A stretch of DNA of 64,000 bases from Vitrella brassicaformis CCMP3155 (GCA_001179505.1 CDMY01000314.1:1-64000), one strand, 5' to 3'. Numbered from the stretch's first letter, positions 25,201 through 38,199 are shown. A program made the numbers and translations. Notes: a model not told the origin generated them from the sequence alone.

Positions 25201-27449
25201 CTGTCCTGCCTCTGCCGCCCCTGACCGTCACCTGCGTCGATCGACTCAGTCGCCATGAAGGCCGCATAGCCATCCAGCGCATCGCTGAAGGATATGTACG
25301 TGCCACCACAGTCGTCAACACCGTGGAACGGCTGCTGAGCGGCACGAGCCGCCTCTGCTGGAAACTCACGCTCGTACCCAACGCACTCCTCCTCAACCCA
25401 GTGAACATGGTTGACGTCCTCGTCATGCAGGTGGTATTCACGCAGCCCATCATTGCAACACAGCATAGAGCCTTCCAGCTGGTACAGCCGGGGATCCTGG
25501 CGGTTGAAGCTGGAGCGCCTGGTCAAGCTGAAGTTGGAGATGCCATCGTACTCCACGTTGGCATACACCATGCCCATCGCTGCAGAGTTGTGCCCCAAAC
25601 GCCGCGGCTTAAACCGGTGTGGCTGCGTGTTGATGCGCGCAAGTCGGTCGGCATAGTTTAGGCATCAGTCGGCACGACAACACCGGGCACAAAAGGGTTG
25701 GTGGGCACATGCAGCCACAGAAGTGCGCCGTCTTTTTTCGGGTCGTGCTCCAAACACCCACAGTAGCCGAGGCCGGTCTCTCGGCTCCATGCAACAGCAG
25801 GCCCAGTACGCCACCCGAAGAAGTCGTCGTCCACATGAAGCAGCCAGTCCGTCCGAAAGCCGTCCGTCACTATGGTGTCGTCACCTGTATAGCTCGCGTC
25901 GATCAGGTGCCAGATCTGCCCGAATGGGTGCAGCGCAGTGTCCTCCAGGAACTCCCAATCACTAAATGGACACCGCACCTGCAATTAATGAATATATATA
26001 TTATATGCCACCTCCATATTGCTCCCTCCAGCCACCTGACGCACCTCGAGAGCGGCATGCCTGTCGAACACTGCAACGGCTCGCCAGACGGTTCGCTGAT
26101 TGATTGGACCGTATATGTCCTCAATGGCCCTCTCGCGCTCACAGGTGACATCCTTGAGTGCACTCCGGCGATCCATCTCATGCCTGTCGACCGGTCAATC
26201 AAACAATCAAACAAAAGCATGCCATCAAGCAATCCACCAAACACACATCTATCCTTTCTTGTCTGCTTGCCTGCTCAGTGTCCCCACGCAATAACGGGAT
26301 TTTCGAAAGAAGCACCGCGTCTCCATGGCACACGCTGTATGCGTTGAAGAACTGCGCTGCATTCGCCCAGAAGACCGTGACAGATGGGGGCAGCAGGCGC
26401 AGCACCTTCTCGGCCTCTGCCAGACTCGCACCGCCGATCGTGTCAGCAATCGCTGCTGCTCATGTGACACTCCAATGCTTGCAACTGACATGCGCCAACA
26501 GGCCGTCTGTCTTGTCCTTTGACAGATGACGTACACACTCGTCACAGAGCACGAACTCGGGCACGTCAATCTCTCGACCACTGCCAAACTTCCCGATGAA
26601 GCCTCTCAGCGATCGTCGGTCTCGGTTTGCGAAGCTCAGGCTCTCCCGCTGAACGGTCCAGAGGCTCATCGGAATGTGGTGGCCCTCCACCGGCGCCCGC
26701 CCACAGTTGTGACAGCAGCCGCTCGCAAACGCGTACGTCGCCAGCTCGCTGCTCACGCGGGCGTCGACTGACGGGGCTGCCCGGCGCCGCTCTCGACCTG
26801 ATTGTCGGTTTGCTTGACGATGCACTGCATACTCCGAGTAAGATGGACACCGCCTGCCCCTCGGGCACGTCTCCTCGCGACACTGCCGACACGCGTGAGG
26901 GCAGTTGCGACAATCGTGACCCTCTGCACCACAATTCGAGCACCGGCGCCTTCGTCGCGTGCCCTGCCGCGCTGCCGTTCCCTCCTGTTCCTCGGCCTCG
27001 TCACCGTCACTCTGCTGATTCACACCACCATCATGTCGCTGCTGGTTTGGGCGAGGCCGAGCCCTGAAGTGTGGACAGTGTCTGCCCCTTTCACACATCT
27101 CGTCACCGCACATCCGACACACTTCAGGGCAATTCCGGCAGTCGTGGTCCACCCCATCACAGTTGGAGCATCGCCGCCGCCTCCGAGTCCCCTCGCGCAC
27201 CATCGGCTCGTCCTCCATCGGCTCGTCCTCCTCGACTTCATCATCCCCATCGCCAATCCCACCATCATCGTCCTCACCCTCACTCGCATGACCCTCTTCA
27301 TCGTCAGACACACGAAACGATGCCTCAGAACCCACAAGATCCCCCAGATCTCCGACAAATGACTCGCTGTCGGCTGCATCATCATCACTGAACGCATGCA
27401 CGAAATCTCCACTCTCCAGTGACACCCCGTCGTCGTCGAACGCCTCCAT
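22283..27449 (-). pseudogene. Helitron A RepHel, N-terminal half
   Basis: Two C-x2-C-x4-H-x4-C knuckles (CSNCDGVDHDCRNC, CSNCGAEGHDCRNC); HPEADMFPDI; LPTYFYTVTLN..QFG; RCWNRVLKYIIRYMRESGVAGEVIKEWVR, which splices in phase to RREFQ at 12054. Confidence 0.87.
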
Positions 27450-28106
27450 TGAACACTCCGCGGACACCAAAATCTCTCCCAACGCAGATCACTCGCGCTC
27501 ACACTCCGATTCCTGATGCAAAGGCACACTACTCGAGATAACACGACAATGGCTGTTCTGTCTGCCTTCTGAACTTCGACAACTCTGAGCTGCTTGGAGT
27601 GGGGAAAACGGACCAAAGGGCAGAAAAAGCTTGCAAAGTGGGGGCACAACAAGCTCGCAAGATAAGCGTGAAACTCTCCCTCTCTAACTCTCTGCCAAAC
27701 CCAGAACCCCAGAAAGATACGTCGACTGATGGAGTACAGGGCATGTTGAGTTTGTGTGGAAAGGTTTGTTGGAGCCGGTCCTCGCTCTTGCTTGGGACCC
27801 ACCAGTGTAGTATTCATATTGTGTCTTCTTGGCCGTCCCTCCCTCTATCTCAATCTGTCTCCCTTCATGCTTTTCATCACGCCTCTCTTCCAATACGTCC
27901 CAAGTGGCAGGCCTTTTTTCAGACCATGGCATGTTACGATAAATGATGGGGGGGAGGGGGAAGATTGAGAGAAACAGAAGCTACCGTGTGTGAAAAAACC
28001 CTTCAAAAGCAGAGAAACCCCACGCGTTTCTCCTCGATGCCTATACAGACTCTAGGTCAGACGTACTGGTGAAGCCTGCCAGTGTTTGTGTTCCCCTTGT
28101 ACAAGA

Positions 28107-28701
28107 TGGAAGGAAGGAAGAACAAGGCGTGATGCGACGGATCTGCTGCAAGCAGCATCTGCCACTTCATCTGCGCACGGCAGCGAAGAGCCGGACGAAG
28201 AGGGTAGGCACGGAGAAAGGACGGCGGGAGGGCGAGGGAAGTCATTGCAATGACTGTTCATTGTGTTCTATCACACGTGTGTGTGGGTGCGGTGCGTGTC
28301 TGTGTGTGTGTCAATCAAAGCAAGAGGCGGGGTGCTGCGGGTGTGATCAACCGCGAGGATGTTGAGGATGCATGGCGACAGACGAGCACAGCAGCAGTCG
28401 ACACGAGGACAAGACCCGGTTCGGGGCCCTCAGGGAGGCGTCGTCACCACCCACAGATGTTGCCCAAGGATTCCCCTTGCGGATGCCTATCAAGGCCATC
28501 TTCGACGGCTTACCCTCGTCGCTGGTTACCCCACAAGGTCGCTTCGACAAGGCAATTCGGCTTGACATGGTGCGGGAGACAAAAGGGGTGGGCGGCTTGA
28601 CGTGGATGAGGGCTGTGCGTCAGACAGCTGAGTACCTGGCGTCCGAGGTGCATCTGGTGGGTCACCGCTGTGGGCAGCTCAAGGTGGGTGTGATGGGATA
28701 G
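28107..28701 (+). CDS. Hypothetical protein or gene fragment
   Basis: Exon-like ORF 28372-28701 with a probable upstream exon at ~28107-28200. No recognisable domain. Confidence 0.3.
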
Positions 28702-29489
28702 GTGTTCTACAGAGGGGCTCTTTCTGCCATGTCGATGTGCGTAGAGCTGCTCGCCCCTCTCTCGCCTGTGGACTGACTGAGTCTGAGTAGATTGATGGAC
28801 ACGATCTGTTGTGATGCGGAACGTGTGTTTCTGTGCTTGTGAGACTGGTGTGTTTGTGTGCTCATGCGCTACCTATCAGTCGTCATTTTGTGATGGACCG
28901 ACGAGTGGTCGATTTGGATTTCAAGAAGCCGTGTGATGTCTTTCTGTGTGCGCGCAGCTGAGACGGTGTGTGGGCTCATGCACATCAATCCCCTTGTGTG
29001 CTCCGGCAGGACAGCTTTATGAGAACGTTGCATGAGTCACGGGTTGGCAAGAGCACGTCACTCTTCTCAGCGCAAAACCGGCAAAACCGATGAGCGTAGA
29101 GGAATATACACCATCTCAGCTAATATAAAATGTAGACAGCGATGTTGGCCGCTCTCCTCCTCACCATTGCAATGCAGCCGAGCGACCAACACACACAGAC
29201 CGACCGCCACACACTCTCTCTCTCTCTGTCGATCTGATCTCACACACCGACACACTACAGCAGGACAGCCACACAAATGCCACAAATGCACCTACACTCA
29301 CGCAAATGGCACTCGGCAGGTCAGCCACACACACAAATGGCATTCTATCCCCTCCACACACAGACAGACGCTCTCCTCTCCACCCACATGACGCCAGCCA
29401 ACATGGAAAAAAGAAAGTCGTGTGCTACACCCTCCCCCCCACCACCACACACGCCCCTTAAGACACACACAAATCTCTCCCGCAGCCGC

Positions 29490-30139
29490 TTAGATGTGTG
29501 TGGGTGAGGTGCAGCTGCAGCCCCTTATCGCCCTCACCACCCCCTCCCACACGCCCACCATGCCGGCCCAGGCCTCCCGCAGCATGTTGGTGTTGGTGTT
29601 GGTGCTGCTGCTGTCGATGGTGTTGGTGGTGTTGGTGCTGGCCTTGTTGGTGTTGGGTGCGATGGCCGGCATGGCGGGGCCGCAGGCCTTGAAGTTGGGC
29701 ACCGGAGTGGGGCGAGGTCGGCTGATGGACGGCTCGTCCATGCTGGGTACATGGACGAACTTAGTCCTCAGCGACACGTCGAACTCCCACTCCGTCCGCA
29801 ACCTCTCGGCCTCGCGGATCATCTCCTGCACACGAAAATTGCAAACACACAGACGCACGCATCGGCCATGAGAACAGACGGACGAGCAAAGTGCTCTTTG
29901 CATCCCTCCTCCCCCCTCGGTGCACCGGTGACGTACCTCCTCCTTGGCCCAGCAGGTGTCGCAAACCCACTCTCCGCGCTTCTGGCAGGCCCTGTGGGGC
30001 TGGCAGGGGCCTGCCGGCTGCGCCCGGCCGTCCTCTTGCGACCGAACAGGCCGCGGCCCTTCGGTGAGGGGGTCCGACGGCCGGCGACGCAGCGGGGCTT
30101 GCGCAAATTGGCGAACGGGTTGAACCTCTCGACGGCCAT
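29490..30139 (-). CDS. Unknown small-protein family, copy 1 (divergent; 2 exons)
   Basis: MAVERFNPFANLRK...|EMIREAERLRTEWEF..PSMDEPSI..W..V..GCSCTSPTHI*. Intron 29826-29936. Confidence 0.7.
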
Positions 30140-30169
30140 CTTGAATGCGCTCAACAAACGACTGCCTCT

Positions 30170-30700
30170 CTTCTAAGCGCTCCTACTGGGATGAGCATGT
30201 CGAGGCAGCCCAACAGCTGCGGACGGCTTGGGTAGGGCTGCAGCAGACAGAAGGGGGCCGGGATCTCATTGATGCCTGTGTGAACCACACACAGACAGAC
30301 ACACACACAGGGACAGACAGACAGACAGACATGAACAGCTGCGTGCAGCTGTCGTGTGGGTGCATAGCATACCCTGCTTGTAGGAGCGGATCTCTGTGTG
30401 GCGCTTGGCACAGTAGTGGGCCAACACAGCCTTGAGGTCGTCCTGGGTGTCCTCAGCCTGGAAGAGCGCGTAGTCCTGCCGAGTGCGGCGGACGTCCTCC
30501 GCCATCAGCTGCGAACACAAACACAAACACACGAGTGGCCAGTCGACAGTGAAACAGCACGCACGAGGCAGCATCCCTTCAGTTTCTTACGTCGGCGTCT
30601 ACGGTTGGCATTATCTTCCAACCAGAGGTTCACCGAGGTGGCACCGAGAAGCCTTAGCCAGCCATCGATTAGATTCTGTTTTTAGTTCCTTTGCCCGACT
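30170..30700 (-). pseudogene. Truncated TBC/RabGAP fragment paralogous to the 41.8-42.2 kb exons
   Basis: QLMAEDVRRTRQDYALFQAEDTQDDLKAVLAHYCAKR..SYKQG|INEIPAPFCLLQPYPSRPQLLGCLDML, then stops. Confidence 0.7.
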
Positions 30701-30891
30701 TGAAGCGTTTGACTTGAACCCTTTACCTCTTCTACAGAAGCCGGTGAATATAAAACGAGGGCACCTCTTGTTTGTTGTGGTCATGGGTGTCCACAAAGCC
30801 GTCCGACAGCAGACAAACAGCTGCACACCAACATAGAGAAGAAGATGCACATAAAGATGTGTTCCTTCTGAAGCTGTGGTGATTGAATCGC

Positions 30892-31615
30892 TTACCAGTG
30901 GGCTGGTGGGTGGGCCGAATCCAACGAAGGCCAATTGCACGCTGACCGGCAGACAGGGGACCTGCAGGCAACGGACAGCACACAAACACACAAGGACTGC
31001 CATCCACTTCGTCGGAATCGCCCTTTGGCCCCCCCCCCCCCTTCCCACACGCCCACCACGCCCGTCCAGGACTCCTGCAGCAGGGTGGGGCAGCTCATGG
31101 TGCTGTTTGTGCTGGTCTTGTTGGTATGGGGTGGCGTAGGGGGGTTGATGGGGCGGGAGTTGGCCGGGGTGGTGAAGTGGGGCACACTGATGATGGTCGG
31201 CTCATCCATATCATGGAAGTGGATGAGCCGACCCTCAAAATTCCAGCGCAGCTCCTGCGATGCGCGGATGGCCTCCTGCACACACACATGCGCACACGGA
31301 TCGTGAGCACAAGCCACAGTCAGTGCATTGGCTTCGATTCCTTCCTCCCTCTCTCCCGGCACTCACGTCCTCTTTCGCCTCACACAACGCGCAAATGGCA
31401 TCGCGGCCGCCCTTGTCCTGGATGCACGCGAACAGCTCCCCTTCGCAAGGGCTGGCCCTGGCCGTCGTGGCAGCCGTGGTGGCCGCTGCAGCTGGCGGGG
31501 GCTTGCGGACGAATGGGCCGCGGCGGCGTTTGATCGTGGCGCCCTTCTTGCGGCCGGCGGTGGCGACACTCGCCGCGCGCAGCTTCTCGATGAGCCTCTT
31601 GACAGACAACGTCAT
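30892..31615 (-). CDS. Unknown small-protein family, copy 2 (divergent; 3' end uncertain)
   Basis: MTLSVKRLIEKLR..FACIQDKGGRDAICALCEAKED|EAIRASQELRWNFEG..MDEPTI..PHF..CPTLLQESW. Confidence 0.65.
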
Positions 31616-32109
31616 TGCTGCTGCGAGGGGGGCGCTAGATTGCTGCAAATCGCTTGTGCTGTGCCGACGACAGATTTTGACAGAACTTCTTTCTTTCTCA
31701 CCTGTCGCTTTGGCGAGATTCTCGCCCTCAGCGAGATAAGCTCGCAGGTCGACGCATGCCTTTGCTGTGAAAAGGCGATTGCCACTGCCAACCGGTGAGG
31801 TACCTGGCCATCCGTAAATTAGGGGGCGGTGCGAAGAAGCGAGCAGCAAGTACTGGTACCAGCCACACCAGCAGATCGGTGCACTAGTACTATCCGTGTG
31901 CACATTGCAGATCGGGTGAAGGTGCACCATGCCTTCCGTAAAGTGTAGAGAGGGAGAAGGGTGCTCATGCGCTGCCTGCCTGTCTGCCTGGCATATGGGG
32001 AATGAGTTTTTGTTGGGTGGGTTCCCCACCATTCCGTCCGAACGTAACATTGTCAGTCACTCAGAGGGTCGGTCGGTCAGGCAGGACGAAGCTAGGGGAG
32101 AGAGTACCA

Positions 32110-35100
32110 AGGCAGCCAGACGGACAGACAGAGAGTCGACATCCACACACATACGCCGCCAGCCAGATGAAGGACCCACACGCACACATAGAGGCCCCCG
32201 CCCCGCCACTCGGTCGACGTCTCTTCCCGTGAGTGAGTCCCTCTCATCCAAGAACACCCACCAGCCAGACACGTCACAGCCACACGCCACCACACACATC
32301 CCATCAGGGGGCAGCTCGGGGGGTGAGCTCATGACCGCAACACCACACACAACCAGTCAGGTGTGTTTACTGTAGTGAGAGAGAGGCGAGCGATCTGCGT
32401 GAGGGGGACACACACACATAGACACACGAAGAAAGAGTGGAAACTTGGGTGTACCATGTGGTGTGTGTGTGACTGACGCCCACACCCACCCACCTTAGGG
32501 TGGCGGCGGCGTGTGCAGAGTGCGGAAGGAACAGCGAGTAGCATATTGGCTTCGTTACACAGTGAGGAGTGAGGGAAACCTGCAACCAACCAGTGGCACA
32601 AACACACAGGAGGAGAGACTCGTAAAGGTGAGGGCATATTCAGCTGTGCGTGTGTGTGGCACTCGTACGCTGTGGATCGTTGATGGACGAAGAGGGCTGT
32701 CAGAATAGATCGGCTTCCTTACGCAGTGAGGAGCTGACCAGTGACCTGCAAGTCACACGACACACACACACACACACACGGGGAGATGTGCACCCGTCAC
32801 ATGCTCATGCACTCGTTCGTGTGAGAGTGATCGACTGACCTGACGATGGCCACAGTGCCGTTATTGAAGATCTCTTAGCCGATGGAGGGCGGGCGAGGGT
32901 GAGGTGACGATGGCGAAGGGCACCATGTGTGTGTGGGTGGGAGAGAGAGACGATCGTCGAAACGACTACGCCTCCCTCACACCACACACATCGCCTGAGC
33001 CATCCGTGATGGACGGGATACGGCCGAAGCGGCCTTCCCCCGCCCATCGTGGGCTGGCTCGGACGACTGACATGGTCCACCTGCCAAGGCACACACACAC
33101 GAGACACACACATAAGCCCGACGGTGGGCATTGCCTGGTGCCTCCAGGGCTCCCTCACATACCCTCTGAAGGTCGCACGAAGAGCAGCATCAGAGGCTGC
33201 CGATGGGGTGCAGCGCGGGGCTTCCTTACGCAATGGCCGGTGCTGACTGGCGGCCTGCTGCTGCTGCTGCTGCTGCTGCCGTAGTGGCGTGTACGCTGGC
33301 ACAAAGCCGTCCGACAGAGACGTGACCTTGGTGTGCAGCTAGATGGCCGACCAGTGAGCTGCACACCAACAGCACACAGAGAAGAAGATGCACACACAGA
33401 TGTGTTGCTGCTGAAGGTGTGGTCAACCAAATTTCTAACCGTCTGTGAGTTGGGGGTGGTGGCTGCGCCTGGACTTAGCCAAGTACACTCTGGCAGGCAG
33501 CTCGACGCATACAGGGGACCTGCAGACACATACATATGGACGGCTGAATGAATGAGTGTGTGTGCGCAGGCAATTGGTGACCACTAACACACACGTACCT
33601 GGTTGGTGTGTGGGGTGAGTGAGTGGAGAGGGACTATACGGACCAAATGGCTGGCAGCGGCACAAATGGAGTGCCGGCGACTTCTACTACAGCACAAAAT
33701 GGCGGAATGGCTGCACTACACCACTTAATCAGACCAGACGAAAACACGAAATGCCGCACAGCCCAAACGGCGGGAATGCGTGTGAGCTCTTCCAAACAAG
33801 CCAAGCTGAGGCACAAACCACACACACACACAGACAGACAGACAGACAGACAGATCCTCATCCATTAAGCTTTGGAGTGGCCCGTGCTGTGTGGTGCTGA
33901 CTGACCTGCCGGCTGCCCGTGGGTGGTAGGTGGGCTTCTAAGCGCCTCTTTGTGTCGGCCTTCTAATGGGCCTTCCTCTCTCTTTTTGCCTTCTTCTGGG
34001 GGCCTTCTCTTTCCCACACACACAGACACGCAGGCACTAAGTCTCTGTCCCCAACACACACTTGACACACACAGAGCTACACTGTGCCCCCCAAGACGCA
34101 CTCGACACACACAGAGCTACACTGTGCCCCCCAAGACACACTCGACACACACGCCCACACACACACACACACACAGGTGGCTGACGCCCTCAGAGTGGCG
34201 CACCCACCTCATTGGATCTGGCCGCTCGGCGTGCGACCAGCCCACAGCCCCCAAGCCACCAAATGACGTTAGGAATGACCCATTAGAAATGACTAAAAAG
34301 GATGCAATGACACTCACACAGACACACAGGGCAGACGAAATGAAATGAGAGGGACGGCCGAAAACACAACGCATCGACCATCAGCCACACGGATGTGAGA
34401 GGGGCGGAGCAGCCAGGCCATGAAGGGGAAAGGGCCACACATTCACGCAGTCATCACAAAAAGGTTTTCGAAGGGCACCATGGCCAGGCAGCCGGCCATG
34501 GCCCCTCCCAGCTTATCTTTTTTTGCGGTGGCCAGACGTATGTAAGCACGAAACACTTAACGCCCCTCTCACAGGGCACATCCACGCCCCGCCAGCCAGA
34601 CCACCAACAAAACACAGACAGACAAATCGTTGACGAACTAGGCAGAGGGCAGGCGGCCTTGTGTGGCAGGCCCGCCATGCCGGGAGGAGAGAGAGACAAG
34701 CGGTGCAGGAAGGCAGCCGGGCAGCCAGGCAGCAAACAAAACCCACCCCCACGAGCCCCACACATACAGGGGAATACAAAGCTTTTCGAGAGGCCGTGCT
34801 TAACACGAGCCCCCCCTTTTGTGCTTTTTTTGTACTATATGGTACAGCTGCCCCTGGCCTCCCTCCCCCTCCAATTCGGTAACTCTCGCTACGAACCACC
34901 ACGAACTGACGGAACCACACACACCCACATCATCCGCAAGGCAGCCAGACACACGACACACAGACGACACACGACAGACGACACACTACAGACGACAGAC
35001 GACAGTGCAAGGACGACAGCCACCGACACACTACAGCAGGGCAGCCACACAAATGCCACAAATGCACCTACACTCACGCAAATGGCACTCGGCAGGTCAG

Positions 35101-35820
35101 CCACACACATACAGACGCTCTCCTCTCCCTTCACATGAAGGCAGCCAGCATGGAAAAAGAAAAGAACACGGCTCCCTCCCTCCCCCTCTCCCTGTCTGTC
35201 TGGCAGCCGCCTCAGCAGATGTGTGTGGGGGTGGTGCAGCTGCAGCTCGCCCACACCTTGGCCATGGCGTCGCAGGCCATCTGCAGCATGGTGGGGCAGC
35301 TGCTGCTGGTGCTGCTGGCGGTGTGGGGCGGGCATGGCGGGTTGGTGGGGCGGGCCTTGGCGAACTTGGAGAAATGGGGGGTCCGGCCGATCGTGGGCTC
35401 GTCCATCGCTGGGGAATACAGGAGGGTGCCCTGCATGTAGAAGTCGAGCTCCTTGCGCATCTTGGCGGCCTTGTGGACCATCTCCTGCACACACAGACAC
35501 ACACACATGGCCATGTTTATCTGGACGCATCATGAAGGCGCTCCCCTCGGTCCCTCCCTCCCTCCCTCCCTCCCACCTCGCCCACCTGCTTCTTGGCGCT
35601 ACACACCTCACACAGGGCTCGGTCCCCCTTGCGGCAGTCCAGGAACTTGCCGCACGCGCCGCCCTTCTCCGCCGTGGTGCCCGTGCCGCCCGTGACCCCC
35701 CCGCTGCGGCTCTTGCTGCCCGTCGTGGCGGCGCCTTCGTTGGTGCGGCCCTTGGTGCGGCCGACAGCGGCGCTCGCCCTACGCATCTTATCAAGCAAGA
35801 ATTTCACCGACATGGCTGCA
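32110..35820. repeat. Left arm of a ~3.7-kb inverted segmental duplication (right arm 42540-46320)
   Basis: Identical translated ORFs on opposite strands (33333-33551+ equals 45052-45270-). Colinear inverted similarity with indels. Confidence 0.93.
35212..35813 (-). CDS. Unknown small-protein family, copy 3 (~165 aa, 2 exons)
   Basis: MSVKFLLDKMRR..GACGKFLDCRKGDRALCEVCSAKKQ|EMVHKAAKMRKELDFYMQGTLLYSPAMDEPTIGRTPHF..AKVWASCSCTTPTHIC*. Intact frame. Confidence 0.8.
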
Positions 35821-36584
35821 AACTGAACGGGAACGAGTGCTCTCAAACGTCGCAGGAACTGCAGCAAAGTGGTTGCGTTCTAGAGAACCCCGTTTCACGG
35901 AACATTTTACTGTAATTTCATAGCTATGAAATTACGCGGGTTTGCACTGTTTCAAAGGACAGTGAGCAGTTCGAAGGCAAGGCAAGCAGTACATAGCCGC
36001 AGGGAGGACAGTGCAGCACGCACGCACACTGACAGGGCCAAACCAGCCGCCACACAGAGCTGCACGGAAAGTTACTAACCACTCATCGACGCGCCTCGAC
36101 AAATGTGGCATACAAATGCATCACTCACTCACAGAGGGAACGCACCACTCTCTCTTTTCATATGTGTGGACTATTCCACTAACTCACAAAGGCTGTGTTG
36201 CCTGACGGTCGGTCAGACGGCCAAGTGAATGCATCTGCAGACACCACACAGCACAGGTGTGTCTGTGCTGTGCCGACTAGGCGAAAACCAAAAGCAGTAC
36301 GCATCGTACGGTACTGTACGAGTATGGATACATATACATGTGTACATGACCCTCAACACGCACCCATGTCAGTCAACACGCACGGGACGACCATGGTGGC
36401 CATGGTGGCCATGCCATGGGCAGCCATCTAAGCTATCCACACACACATGTTACACTTGGATACACACAGCCGTCCGTCACGTGTGTCCCTCCCACGCCAA
36501 GGCGTCATCCATCCATCCATCCACCGCCTGCACTGCATGGATCTATCTATCTATGTGTGTGTGTGTGTATGTTGTCTCAGTGAG

Positions 36585-38060
36585 CTACGTCGAGGGGATC
36601 TGCCCGCCGGCCTCCTCGAGCCAAGGGTGGCTGAGCGCCTGTGGGTATGCGCACACACACGTGGACGCGGACTGATGCATGTGTGTAGCATTCATTGTGT
36701 GTGTCGGCGGCTGCCCACCTGCTCTATGGATAGGCGCTTGTGCGGATCGTGCTGCAGGAGCTGGCTAAGTAGGTCCAACAGTTGGCCAGACACCGAGGCT
36801 CCCTTCTCGCCGGCAAGTCTGCGGAAGGTGGGCTTGAGCTGGCCGTTATCTACTGCAAGGAGGTGCGTCAGGCCCGCACGGTCACCCAAGACCAATTCAG
36901 CAATCGTCACACCTGAGCCAGAGGGAAGAATCGTGCATTTATGTGTGGGCTCTACCTCTACCTCTCCCTACCTGCGGTCCAGCTTGCACATTTCTTGTGG
37001 TCGGTATCTATGAGTCCGTTGCTCTCGCTGGCGCCGAGCAGCTCGGGGGCCGACGCATCGTCAAGCACGGAGGGCAGCAGTGTCTTGAGGCGTGACCTAT
37101 ATGTCCACATCACACACAGGCACACACACGGACGGGACGGGCGTGTGGTTGGGTATGCATAGCATAGCGTGTCTGGTCGTTCTTACGGATCGTCTCGAGT
37201 GCACGTGGCACCAAGGGGGAGGCGGATGGCATGCCTGAGGGCTTTTCCTTTGCCGCCGGGCAGGCTGGTCTCGACCGCCATGATGTCGTCGAGCGTCAAC
37301 TTCAGCAGCAACACGCCCCTGTGCCACACACACAAACCCGAAGATGTCGTGCGTGTTCCTACGGCTCTGTCTGTCCGTCTGTCGTGGGTACCTTCTGTCT
37401 ATGTCTGCTATCTGGATGACGACCTCGCGGGCTATCGGTGCCAAGGCGTCTTCGCCTCTTTCCTCCCCACCATCCCTGCACCCGACCATCCATCCAACCA
37501 TCCATAAAAAGCAGCCAGAGACACATACGGGCACATGGGCCCTGTTTCTCTCTCCCCCCTCCCTCTGTGCCCATCGTGGCTGGCCTGCTCACCGCAGGTG
37601 GCTGATGCTGCATGCTCCAGAGGGGATGGGCTCTACGGCGACCCAGACACTGCTGTCGTCGACAAAGACGTGCTTGACGGCAGGAATCACGGCAGGACAG
37701 CCTTCCATTCGCTGCATCACAGACGCCTCCGCCGCAGCCTGCAGACAGAAAGGGCACACAGACGTACATGCAGCGAGCCCTCCTTCCCTTGTCCTCTCTT
37801 CCCCCCCCACACACACAATGCACCTACCCGGTCAGGAAGACTCTCGACCAGCGCCTTCTCCTCGTCAGGAAGATCGTCGGGGACCGGCTGGCAGGCGGGA
37901 TGCCGAGGGTAGCGATACGCAATCATCGCCTGGTCCGAGTGGGCGCCTCTGCACCAGTAGCCGGGAGCCACTGGATGCAATACAGCAGGAATGGGCCTGC
38001 CGTCGCTCCACCGGCACTGTCATGGGTGCGAATGAGTAGGGCCACAGACACACACAAATG
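36585..38060 (-). CDS. Protein-kinase-like (pseudokinase) exons
   Basis: EASVMQRMEGCPAVIPAVKHVFVDDSSVWVAVE; RGVLLLKLTLDDIM replaces HRDLKPxN; SAPELLG; ASWTAG; LLDLLSQLLQHDPHKRLSIEQ|ALSHPWL; TAG at 36585-36587. Confidence 0.75.
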
Positions 38061-38199
38061 CAATGGATCGATCCATCCCATCCCCCTCTCGCGTGCTCAC
38101 CATCGGTGTCATCCTATCCAACAATGCTGCCGGGAAGTGCTCTTGGCACATCTGCAGACACATTCAGCATATAAGAAGATGACGTGATGGGTCTGTGAG

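Larger units (their letters stand above)
7525..27449 (-). mobile_element. Helitron-like element A (outer): intron-containing RepHel pseudogene, 2x CCHC knuckle - HUH Rep - PIF1 - GIY-YIG; interrupted by element B; termini not resolved
   Basis: HUH motif EWVR|REFQTEVGQFPHLHGLL. Catalytic Tyr motif AYLEK|YVAG. PIF1 motifs VGMAGSGKT, FIEEVG, LTIHKAIGDT, VVLLSRT. C-terminal GIY-YIG. Stops at 26460, 22953 and 9805; frameshifts near 25660 and 23020. Confidence 0.9.

Noticed and set aside
7432-27400. Long plus-strand ORFs opposite the RepHel genes (e.g. 8782-9501, 22873-23832, 24915-25661)
   Set aside because: These are antisense shadows of GC-rich coding sequence and carry no motifs.
33620-33900. 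Short ORFs repeated in three cluster units (33.6, 44.8 and 47.7 kb)
   Set aside because: Conservation is explained by recent segmental duplication, several frames are equally open, and no domain is recognisable. At most an alternative terminal exon.
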